Shown: positions 14,201-27,200 of the stretch, piece after piece
Layout: each line of letters opens with the position of its first letter
Numbering within the stretch: position 1 is the first letter of the stretch
NCBI GenBank assembly: GCA_951406725.2
Contig: OX597817.1
Span: 108,128,001 to 108,192,000, forward strand
DNA: 64,000 nt
Source of the DNA: Octopus vulgaris
Lineage: Eukaryota
Direction of reading: 5' to 3'
The notes under the pieces: model-generated
What the model was told of the DNA's origin: nothing
Databases searched by the model: none
The model's input: only the letters and a program-made list of their open reading frames with translations
Program-made: the position numbers and the translations under genes

Positions 14201-16720
14201 CTAAAAGACACTCGGGTTTTAATAGCACAAGGTCTCCTTGATTGTGTCGAGAATGATGAAAACTTTTAGAAAACTTTGTGTAGGTTCATTTGATGAGCAT
14301 ACAAGAATTTAAGTTGCATGGAACTGAATCAAATTGTTATTAAATGATATATGTAACTCTTAGCAAATGTGTTGAGTTCCACTTTCTTTCATTTGTCCAC
14401 TCACTTGCATACATACATACGTACATATGTACATACAAACATAGATAGATAGATAGAAAGAAAGAAAGAAAGAGAGAGTGAGTGAGTAAGGGAAATAAAT
14501 GCAACTAAGCTTGATATAAATATATCTAAATAAAGTACAAAGAAATGCAAAATAAAAGTACGGAATAAGATAAGAAAATATGTAATTTTATAACTCAACA
14601 GCTGTTTCAGGAAATCTGGGTTTACATAACAATCATAATAACCATAAATTGCAAATGAAATGTACAAAAACTTATGGTCATGTAACAGGTTGCACATTTC
14701 ATCAGCAATTTATAATTATTATAATCATTACATAACTCCAAGTTATGAAATTCCATATTTTCTTTTCCTATTCTATACTTTTATCTTATATTTTTTGTGT
14801 TCCATGTAAACATATTTATATCAAGCCTAACTGTGTTTATCTTCATTACTACCTTCACATCAGCTCCATTTAGATTTCTGTTATAGTTATCCTTTTGAGT
14901 CACCTATTGTCTGTCTATCTATCTCTATTTATCTATCTACCTGTCTGTTTGTCTGTCTATCTATCTATCTGTCTGTTTATCTGTCTTATCTATCTATCTA
15001 CACACACACACACACACACATGTATATATGTGTGCTTGTGTTTCCTTATCTCAACATTGCAAGATGGGCATGAGCAGACATGAATACTCTGTTGTCCATC
15101 CCTCTCTCATCCATGATGCTCAATTATCTAAATTTTGTTGAATTAATCATGTGTTATCTTATTGCTTCAAGATTTCAATGATGCATTTGTATATTTTTAA
15201 AATGACATTGTAGGGAAGGTGTGAGAAGTTGGATCTAGTCAGTTTTAACATAAAACAGATGGAATATTTGGGCCAGATTAAATGCTAAGGGATTGAAGCT
15301 AAGTAGACTAGAGCAACAGGAAATGAAGTGCCCAACTCAAAGGAACATTGCACCACTCCATACAGAAATTGAAGTCACAATAATCCAGAAACTATAACCA
15401 ATAAGCCACATGCTTTCACAGAAATATGAAAGTGAAGAAATATAACAGTGAAGTTAGGGAGCTAAAATACCAAGATTGTAAGGTGTTCTTCCTGGTGTAG
15501 TTTCTTGCTCAGTTTACTAGGCTAATACTTTGGTATCACTTAGAGTTCGTAGTTGAATACTAAGAAGTATAAAGGTTTTAAGCTGTAAAAAGCCTTGAAC
15601 CAAGAATTTTGTGAATATCAGAATTGTTTCCAAATCATTTCACTCATGCTAGGATTGAAAGCTAGTTGTAAAATCTCATAAAACATTCTTTACATCCTGA
15701 TATTCCTAACTAATTTATGTATTGTTTATCTGGGAGCTCTGTAAATGTATGAGATACAGTTCTTTGAAAGCCAAAACTTTGGTGTATTTCTAAATCCCGG
15801 GTGAAACCATTTCCTTTTACTTTCAGTATAAATACCTTTGGGGAAAAGCATAAATGTCACAATCCACATTTCCTTTTCCTTAAAACATAGAACCTATGTC
15901 CCTAATCTGAAAGTAACCAATATTTTGCATTGTCTCTATAATAGGATATGGAGTAATGGTGTAATTAATAATGATATTTCATAGTTTTGATAATAATATT
16001 TTCATAGTTTCTCATCTTTACCCAAAAATTAATCTGTTTTGCAGCCTATTTGGCGGTCTTATAGCAGATGTAAAACGGAAAGTAAAATGGTACGCGAGTG
16101 ACTTTAAAGATGCACTACATTTACAATGTATCGCCAGTATTATTTTTCTCTACCTTGCTACACTAACACCAAATGTAACATTTGGAGGACTTCTGGGTCA
16201 AGCCACTGATCAGTACATGGTAAGTTCATGATAAATGGATTATTGATTTTTTTTTTATGTATTTATTTTCCTTGCTGTTAATTATGGACTTAACATGTTT
16301 TTAATGAAGTAACAATCAGTAGATTGATTCTAAAATAGATGATTCTCCCTAAACGGCTCATTTGAAGGTAAATGTGTTGTAACTGATGCAGAAATGCTTA
16401 GAGCTATCAAAATACAGGTTTGATGCTGTTAGAATTGATCTATGGAATATAGTATTTATTTTATTTCTGTTGTGAACGATGTTTATAACTAAAAGCAAAG
16501 AGGGTTGAACAATCAGCTCAGAGAGCTGTAGAGATCAAACACTGCACCGATATTGCTTTTTTTCAATGGCCACTATTCCTGGAATGACTGATTGCAAAGC
16601 AAATATTTTCTTCAGTCTAAGGTTAAATTGTTTTAATTACAAATTGACATAAAAACATAATATATATAATGTACACCTGCTTGTTGTTCCTTCTCCTGTT
16701 ATTTGTTTTCTGTAAATTTG

Positions 16721-16760
<40 letters not shown>

Positions 16761-16994
16761 CTGTAAAAACATCCATACACACACATATATAGGCAGGTAG
16801 ATAGACACATTACCAGCCTCTCAAAGTGTTCTGTCCTCCTAGAGTAGAACAACATTCCACTCTAGAGAGTACTGAAAATTTATTTCTAACAGTGGCACAG
16901 TTCAGAACTCACTATATTTGATAGGTCAAACCTAGTGCTTAACTGCTGCTTTATTGATCCTTATATGAAATATACTATAATATAATACAATACA

Positions 16995-17032
<38 letters not shown>

Positions 17033-20000
17033 TCATTATTATCATCATTCTTTAATGTCTGTTTTCCTTGCTGGCATGGGTTGGACAGTTTGACCAGAGT
17101 TGGGAAGCTGCATCAAGTTCCAGTCTAATTTAGTATGGTCTTTATGGCTGGATGCCCTTCCTAACACCAACCACTTTGCAGTATGTGCTGGGTGCTTTTA
17201 ATGTGTGACTGGCACAAGCTCTTTTACATGGCACTGGCATGAGAACTTATTACTTAGCACCAGCGTGGTTGCTTTTCACAAGGCACCAGCACAGGACTTT
17301 TGAAGGCCAATCCTCTTCACCAGGGGATGTGAACTTAACGCTTCTACTGTGGAGAACAGGTCTTATTGAGTACTGCAAAGCACTACCCAACTTGAAGGCA
17401 GTGCCTCAGTATGGTTGCAGTCAAATTACTCAAATTACTGAAACTAGTAAAAGATTTTATGCAAAGTCAGTAACTCTTGATGTTAGATAGAAAATTCAAA
17501 AACGGTAAAAAATTACCCCAAAATCTTAACACAAAGTTGTTCTGTCTTTAAATATTAAATATATACAGAGCAATAATACTAAAGTCACAACTAATGTATT
17601 TAAATGGGGTTTTTAACACACCTAAGTTCCAGTTAACAAACTATGCCAAAAAGTAATTGAAAACAGATGAATACTTGTGTCTTCATTTAATGTTATGATT
17701 TGGAAATGATTCCATCTGTTCTTGTACATATTTGTTCTTGTTGATTTTCATTGTGACAATGATTCAAATATGAAATAGAATTGCTGTTGATTCTTTCTTG
17801 GTAAACTCTAATATGTTGGTTCTGATTACAGAATGCTAACTTAACTATTAGCTTTCAGTTTTTATGCAGATGTCATCACTGAGTTATTTTCACTATTTAT
17901 CACTATTTATTTTTTCATTCTAACCAGTGTATTAACAATCATGTATTTTTACTTAGTGATTCTTCCATTACTACTTTGGCAATTACAGAGAAGATTATGA
18001 TTAGCTGCTGATATAATAAGAAAGAAATATGTCCATAAATGTTCTAAATACTTATCAAAATTAGTGAAATAATGTTAGTCATTGACTGATATTTATCTTC
18101 ACTGCATAATTACTTCTAGTTAACTTTATGGTGTTTACTGCATAGAATACATTAATACTAACTAAACTGAAGTTTTTACACTGTGTTTAAGAACCAGTAT
18201 TAAGAACATCTTTTCATTATCAGGGAACAATGGAATGTATCTTGACTGCTGCCATTACTGGAGTTGCATATGCATTATTTTCTGGACAACCACTGAATAT
18301 TTTAGGGAGCACTGGTCCAATGTTAGTCCTGGAGATGATACTTTACTCTTTCTGCAAGTAAGATTTAATAAAATATATTCATACCACCGTAATTATGATT
18401 CACTGATCTGTATTTAGACACATACACCATATGTACATGTATGTGTATGTATGTATGTATGTGTAAATGTGTGTGTGTGTGTGTGTGTTGTCATCGTCAT
18501 TGTCATTTAACATCCGTTTTCCATGCTGGTATGGGTTGGACGGTTTGACTGACAACTGGCAAGCCAGGCAGTAGTACCAGGCTCAGTCTGATTTGGCAAG
18601 GTTTCTACAGCTGGATGCCAACCACTGCATGAGTGTAGTGGGTGCTTTTTACGTGCCACTGGCATCATAGCCAATAAAGCAGCACTGGCATTGGCCATGC
18701 TCAAATGGTGCATTTTACATTCAGCCAGTACGAGTGGCTGATAAGAGAGAAAGAAGGAAATTCAAGTTAGAAAAAGAAAGATGGTCGACGGTTGCGTGCA
18801 AGCAACAAAAGAGCAAAGGCAGAAGAGTGTGCAGCATGGAAGTTATTTATAAACCCTTTAAAAACATACAAAATCCATTAGATTCACTTCAACATTTAAA
18901 TTTAATTTATGTCAAAATATTTCCGTTGCTTTGAAATTGGGACCTGTTTACTGACAAAATTTCTTGCTGACACAAATTAAATCTAAATGTTGAAATGTAA
19001 TCTAACGTTTTTTGGTGTTTTTTAAATGGCTTATAAACACCTTCCACACTGCAATTATTTTTATTTTAGCACACTACCTCAGATGAAGTCACTCATAATA
19101 TATATATATAATGGGTTTTCTGGCATTAAAGGGATATTGTTTGATGGACAGAGTGATTGGAATGTCAATCTGTTTTATGCAAGTTTCTTGCTGATTGAAA
19201 TTGACACTAGCACTGCAAGCCTATGATTTATTTGCCAGTTATACAAATGCTAACTGTTACTGTGTTGTAGTTTATCCCCATGTCAGTTCAGATTAAACAG
19301 ATCTATGACCAAAAGAAATTCAAGCCAGGTGTATCTAAAGCTACATTATCCAGATGTGTCCATCCCTTTGTTTTTTAAAGATAAGCTTCATACAATCCTT
19401 TGTCTTGATGGTTATTGTCACACTATGCATCTCATGTCAGCATGAAAAACAAACAGTAAATGATGATGATGATGATGATGATGATAGTTGTATGAATTTT
19501 GAAGAAGATTGGTAGCTATTTCTATGAGGTTGAGTAACCATAGTAAACTGTATCACTTTGTTGTACTTGCTTATAACTAGGGGATTGAGTAATAGAGAGT
19601 AAAATTCACTGGCCAGAGGTACTGCAACCATCATGTTTAACTGTCTAGAAACTTAATAGTTTAGTTACTTGTACTTTCATAATTAATATATATAAGTAAA
19701 TTTTGGCCACAGGCATTCCAGGTGTCATTTTGCACTTCATGAACAAAGAAGTTTCCATTGACGTTTGACAGAAAATAATCTTTATGAAGAGTCTCCATTT
19801 GCGTTTTTTTTTTCTTTTTATATCACTTATTGGACTAAAAATAATTGATTAGAAGACCAATGGTGCCCACTCAAAACTCTTGCCCACCATAGAAGTTTTT
19901 AGTGATAAAGTAACACTGTCTCATAACCTTTTAGTTTTGTAGCGGGCCAGATAAAAGATGTGATATGATGTAGTCCACTACTAAATGTAGCATGTAGATG

Positions 20001-22248
20001 TAACGCTTGAAGGTTCTCACATCAGTAACCAATAAACATCAAAGAATCAACACCAAGAAGGAAGAAATATTATTGACATATATTTATTCATTTGCCCAAC
20101 AGGTAGTTAAAGATACAGCAGCGATTCTAGTGATAATGACAACAAGTTTGGCTCGCTGGTTAGTAGTTGATAGTGTAGAAAAAAGTTGTCTGTCAGTTGA
20201 GAGTGAAAAAGTAAGGAATGCACGGTGCTGACTAGAAAGGAAGAAAGGATAAAGATGGCATCGCCTTTCTTGTAGCCAAAAGGGTCAAGGGGAGTGCTGT
20301 TCTTGGTTAAAGCTGAAGCAAAAGTAGGTGCTGCTTCTTGGTCTGGCTGATATAAAAGAGAGGGTGTTGCTTCTTGGTTATAGCTGACACATAAGAGAAA
20401 GAGATAGGAAATTCTCTGTTATATAGGCTATGGTCAGTAATGTAGGTCAAACCCCAAACAAAGGACTGACCTTTCCTTGACCAGCACATGTCTTAGGGGG
20501 TTGAGTGTTTCCTCATCAATCATCTAGTGTGGAGAGGATTCCCTGCCCGTATTGACAAGCAACAAGTGGGTGGATTTGGTTTCAAATCTCAGGCAAAGTC
20601 TAGCTAGATCCCTACAAGGTATTCATATACCACAAAATATTTTGACTTCATACAAGTATAAATGTAGTGAGAAGTACTGCTAGGATTGCCGCTGTTATTC
20701 TTTTATTCTTTTACTTGTTTCAGTCATTTGACTGCAGCCATGCTGGAGCTCTGCCTTGAAGGGTTTTAGTCAAAGAAATTGACCCCAGGGCTTATTTTTT
20801 TCAAGCCTAGTACTTATTCTATCAGTCTCTTTTGCCATACTGCTAAGTTACAGAGACGTAAACACACCAACACCAGTTGTCAAGTTGGGGGGACATAGAC
20901 ACAAAAACACGCACAGATATATATGTATACTTACACACACAGAGACACAGACACACACACACACACACATACGACAGGCTTCTTTCAGTTTCTGTTTACC
21001 AAATCCAGTCACAAGGCCTTGGCCGGCCTGAGGCTCTAGTAGAAGACACTTGCCCAAAGTGCCAGGCAGTGGGACTGAATCTGGAACCATGTGGTAGGGA
21101 AGCAAGTTTCTTACTGGTGCAATTAAATTTAATATTTTGTGTTTCAAATGTCATCAACTATAGAGCCTCTTGGATCGCTTTATTATATAATACATTTTAT
21201 GGAATCTTTGTACATTTGAAGTAATTAACAATTAGCTGTTGCTATTTTATTTATTTCAGTATCTTACAAGAAAAATTCATGTGTAGAAGGTTTTATTGCA
21301 AATTGTACAGAAATGCCTGTTTTACAAAAATAAATAAATAAAATAAAATACTTCGAGAATCTAATACAGCATATATTTTTATATTCTACTTGCAGAGAAA
21401 GAGATCTGGATTTCCTACCATTAAGATGTTGGATTGGATTGTGGACAACTCTAATCTTACTACTGGTGGTGGCTTTTGATCTGAGTGCTTTAGTTAGATA
21501 CATAACTCGTTTTACTGAAGAAAGCTTTGCTTGCTTGATTGCCATCATCTTCATTGCTGAAGCCTTTAAGAAGATAATTGGTATAAATGATGACTACAAA
21601 CTCCATACAAATGTGCCGGACACCGGCGTTGAATGTATGTGCTTGTTGCTTCCAAGCAATACTGCAAACAGTACAGCAAACAATACTGCAAGCAATATTA
21701 CAAACAATATTGAAAGCAATTTCTCACTGCCCTTTGATAATATAACAGACACAATACCAATTGATAATGAGTTTACTAAACTCAATTGTTCCAGCATTGG
21801 TGGTATAATTACTGGTGACTGTGTCTTCATGCCTGATGTCTTTCTCTTATCAATTCTGCTGTTCATTGGGACATTTACTATTGCAAATACCTTACAGAGT
21901 TTTAAGACCAGTCGTTTTTTTCCAACTTGGGTATGTATGTAAATGTTATTTGACTACATTTTATTTGATATGCAAAATATGGTACAAGGTGTTTGGGCTA
22001 AATTTGACAGTTTGCATAAAGAGTAAAGAAAATACAATTTTCCATCCAAAAATAAAAGTATTTTTAAAAAATCCAAAGTTACCAACTAAATTATGACTGG
22101 CAGATAACAGTTCATTCAAAGTAGCTTCCTTCAGTTTCCAACCTACTGTGCAGCATGTTGCCTTTGGGGCAAGTGTTTTCTACTAATAGCACCAGGCTGA
22201 CCAGAGCCTTGTGAGTGACCTTGCTGGATGGAAATGGGAAAAAACCTG

Positions 22249-22289
<41 letters not shown>

Positions 22290-24213
22290 TGTGTGTATTT
22301 TGTGTTTGTGTCTCCTTGTTTTAACATTGCCTTACTGTTGCAAATAAATGGCTTCATTTTCAATGTTCTGTGAAAGTATGTCAGGTTATGGGGAAATATT
22401 AACCTTACTTGGAAATTGATATGGGTTGGTAAAAGAAAGGACATAGAAAATTTTTCCTCAGTAGACACTGTCCAGGCCATGCAAGCATGGAAAAGTGAAT
22501 ATTAAAATGATGATGATGGTGGTGGTAGTGGTGGTGTAATTTATTTGATATCTTGCTTGGTCAGGTGATTACAGCTGTGTAAAAAGGAGGGAACCTGTGG
22601 TAGAGGTAAACCCAGGAAGACATGGGATGAAGGAGTAAAGCATGATCTTCAAACTTTGGGGCTTCATAGAGGCAATGACTAGTGACCAAGACCTTTGGCG
22701 ATATGCTGTGCTTGAGAAGACCCATCAAGTCAAGTGATATCGTTGTCATGGTCGATGCTGGTGTCACAACTGGCACCCATGATGGTGGCACGTAAAGAGC
22801 ACTTTTTGAGTGTTGGGCCTCACAGAGGCAAAGTGGTTGTTCCTTTTGAGTGTTGGGCTTCATGGAGGCAATGACCAAGACCTTTAGCATTATGTCATGC
22901 TTGAGCAGACCCATCAAGCCAAGCAAAATCACAGTCATGGCAGATACTGGTGTCATGCAAATGGCACCTGTGCCAGTGGCATGTAAAAGTTCCCCATTAC
23001 ACTCTCAGAGGGGTTGGTGTTAAGAAGGGCATCCAGCCATAGAAAACCATGAGGAATCAGACTGGAGTCTGATGCAGCCTTCCAGCTTACCAGCCCTGGT
23101 CAAACCATCCAATGCATGCCAGCATGGACAACAGACGTTAAATGATGATGATGATGATGATGATGATCTTAAAGTGAAACTTTGAACTTTTGATACATCA
23201 ATTGTATATATCATGACTATGTGACTAACAAGATTGCTTCAAACCATATTCTTCTTGGCTCAAACTGCTAGCCAGTACTTTGCACAAATGTCTTTTACCA
23301 TAGCCTCAAGTCAAAGTTTTGTGAGTGAAATTTAGTGTTTGTTATCTGTGCAGAAGTCTATTGGATTTGTATGTGTGTGTGATTTTAATGAGATATCTGC
23401 AATGAAATTAGTAAGCTTAAAGGTCTCAGAATTATTTCATCTTCTCTCAGAACGTATTTACAAAGATTTTGGCTGGTGTTGTTTACACCAATCATTAATG
23501 GATTTAATTAAGAACACTCTCTAAACATGGCATGTTTTTATAGTATTGATGAATCTAGCTGCTAATATTTGTCATATCAATTAAGAAATTGTTAGCTGTA
23601 ATTCATCAGCTATAGAGTTTATGGTACCAACCAGCTCTATATGCAGACAATCAATTAATCAATATTTTCCTCTCTTCTCATCTCAGATGGTGGAGCAACA
23701 GATACAGCTGATCATCAGACTGAAAGCCTGATGAGTTCAATGCTAAAAATGGCAGCCAAATCTCTCAAATTTCACACTACATTCTAAAAGACATACACTA
23801 GAGAATATAGTCTCTGAAATTGTAGCAGTGATACCAGTGCTGGTGGCACGTAAGAGAACCATCTGAATGTGGCCGTTGCCAGCGCCGCCCCGTCTGGCCT
23901 ATGTGCCGGTGGCACGTAAAAAGCACCATCCGATTGTGGCCGTTGCCAGCCTCGTCTGGCCCCTGTGCTGGTGGCACATAAGAAGCACCATCCGATCGTG
24001 GCCGTTTGCCAGCCTCATCTGGCACCTTTGCAAGTGGCATGTAAAAAGCACCCACTACACTCACGGAGTGGTTGGTGTTAGGTAGGGCATCCAGCTGTAG
24101 AAACACTGCCAGATCAGAATGGGCCTGGTGCAGCCTACTGGCTTCCCAGACCCCAGTTGAACCGTCCAACCCATGCTAGCATGGAAAACGGACGTTAAAC
24201 AATGATGATGATA

Positions 24214-24261
<48 letters not shown>

Positions 24262-27200
24262 AGTAATAGTATGACAACAAAAGAATGAATAAGACATCGA
24301 TATTATGTAAATAGAGGAATTTATCTGTAATATAATATGTGACAATTAATTGGTTGCCATAACAGAACTCCAAGTTTTGGATGTTGGGGCAGAAATCTAC
24401 TCCAGCATCTCGTCAGTAATTTTCCTTTGTTTAACGGTCATTAACATAGCATTTTTATTTGTCTTAATAACTGACGAGATGCCGGAGCAGACTTCCACTC
24501 CAACATCTGAAACTCAGAGTTCTATTATGGCAACCGAATAATTGTCTAATATTATATTACAGATATATATATATATATATATAAATCAAAGTGTAATGAC
24601 AGTACATTGTTATAGATCTATTACAGCTGATCTTACAAGTTGGTTTTGCACCAGTTATTATAAAATAAGATGGCTATCTGATACATGTATTATTCAGGGA
24701 TGGCATGTATGAAAATATGCACAATTTTTTTCATACCAGCCATTCCCAAAAAGCATGCATATTAGATAACCACCCTGGTAGCCAATATCCTGTTATCTAA
24801 TATCTGGTGTAAAACTGATTGGAAAGATCAATTGTAATGGATCTATAGTACAGCATATACTTTGATTAGTATATCCATTCTATTGACATATATACGAGTG
24901 CATATTTTGTTTGAGGTATGAATTCTTAGATGACCTGTGTGTGAGTATGTATGTGTGTGTGTGTGTTTGTACAAAGACACAATGAAAAATGGGGAATTGC
25001 ACATCTTTAGTTAATATTTTCCAAGACATAAGATACTGATACATGATTCTATTATGTAAGAATATTAGAGTCCTTTGATGCAGTGGTTCTGTACAACTGA
25101 TTGATTCATATTTATGACTGGAGATGAAAAAATGGATTGTGTACAAAAACATATTGTGGAAAAGACCCTGGAGTTTGCATAAGGATCCTCCAAAATAGCA
25201 ACCAAAGATGAATATCCATGCCAAAAAGCTATGTTTTGTGTTTGGTGGGATCATAAGGGCATTATTTATTATGAACTTCTCCCACAAAACCAGACCATTA
25301 ATTCTGCCGTCAAGAAAGGGGTAGTGTTCCAACAAGACAATGCCCGACCACATATGTCTACCACTTGTTTTTGTCCCTACAGAACTCATTGCAAGGGAAA
25401 ACATTGAACGATTTAGATGGAGTCAAAGTGCATCTAAATAACTTTTTTTCCTTCAAAACCAGTCAAATTTTATGCTGATGGAATATTTAAATTGCTTGAT
25501 AGATGGGCAAAGGTCATTAATAATAATGGAAATTATCTTATTGAATAAAATTTATTGAAAGGTTAATTATTTATATCCCATTTTGCATATTGAAAAATGC
25601 TCAGAATTTTCCTGACAACCTAATATATATAGACAAACATATAATGATAAGATACTCACTGTTGGAATGCTATTGATCATAGTTTTATTTGATCAGGGCT
25701 GACTTGGAAGTTAAAGAATTAGATACTGGACAATATTTAATTTCATACTATAATCGTTTGACTTGAAATTTCACAAGTGGTTTTGTTTTTTGTTTCACCC
25801 ATCTTGGGTTGATAAAATAAGCAACAGATTTGTACTGTGTTGATTTTTAACAGTTTGGGAACCTCTTGTACTTAAACTTGTGGTTTTGTGTCACCAGAAA
25901 GAATGAATTGTTAGAATTCTTAGTGCATTGAACAAAATATCTGACAGTATTTAATTATGGCCCTTTCCATTTTGAGTTCAAATCTTGTAGAGTTCCACTT
26001 CGAATTTTATCCTTTGTTTTGTTGAGGGGGAGTAAGACTAAGCTTTGCCTTGGGTCTTTGTCTCCTAATAGAATCATAAGGGTATTTTCATGACATGGCA
26101 TATTAAAGATATCTAAGTCTGACAAAGTACATCCTTCTCCAAGTAAATCAGTTATTGCCATGTCATCTGCTATTTTACTTATCAATATTTAATCTGAAAA
26201 AGACAGCGAGCTGGAAGATTTATAACACAATGTAATCAACTTATCCTCTCCTCTCAAAACTGCTGGCTTTGTGACAAAATTTGATAGCAATATTTAATCT
26301 GAATCTAGTCTTTTAAAACAACTGGTGCAGTGTAGTTAGCAAGTTCTGGAGAGAAGCATCCATTATAGCCGTTGCTGTTGTTATTTAACCCAAATTCAGC
26401 CTTGATCAAATGTGTTCAAGCCATGATCATCCAGACAGAGTATCTAGGACTATATTATTTAAGGTGTCCTTCTTTTCTTAAACAGCCATGTGAGAAATTT
26501 AGCTACTATTTCTAGCAGGTCGAATGCCTGACCTCGTTAGCGCTACTACAGTACATTGGACGAATTTATTGATCATATGAATTGCTTTCTTCCTTATTGG
26601 GTGTGTATCAAATGTGTCATCAAGTCCGGGTTAAGTAGTTTTTATACCAGGATAGAAATTAATGCTTCATTTAGGCAGCTGTTAATTTACTATAGGAGTG
26701 GCGAATATAATAGTGAATGCTTTAAATGGTGTCTAATGGAGGGGAGACTACTCAACAAATATTATCATTTCATCAATTATAAATTATTAATTGATTTATT
26801 TTCTGTTATATCATCATCATCGTTTAGCGTCCGTTTTCCATGCCAGCATGGGTTAGGCTGAGGCACGGCTGTATAGTAAGAAGTTTTGCTCTCAACTACA
26901 TGGTTTTGAGTTCAGTCCCACTGCATAGCACCTTGGGCAAAATGTCTTCTGCTATAGCACCGGGCCAACCAAAGCCTTGTGAGTAGATGTGGTGGACAAA
27001 AACTGAAAGAAGACCATGCTATATACGTGTGTGTGTGTGTGTGTGTGTACCTACACACACACACACATATATGTATGTGCATTTGTGTCTCCCTGCCTTG
27101 ACATTGCACGCTAGCTGTAAATGGGTGTTTCTGTCATACAAACAGTATCATTCATTTCCAAAATTCTATAAAAACATGTCTGGTCATGGGAAAATATTAC

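Noticed and set aside
15480-15880. Possible DIRS tyrosine-recombinase remnant
   Set aside because: Only a vague resemblance across multiple frameshifts; needs tBLASTx.
21264-21866. Minus-strand ORFs over SLC4 exon f (also 45962-46243)
   Set aside because: Antisense shadows of coding exons.
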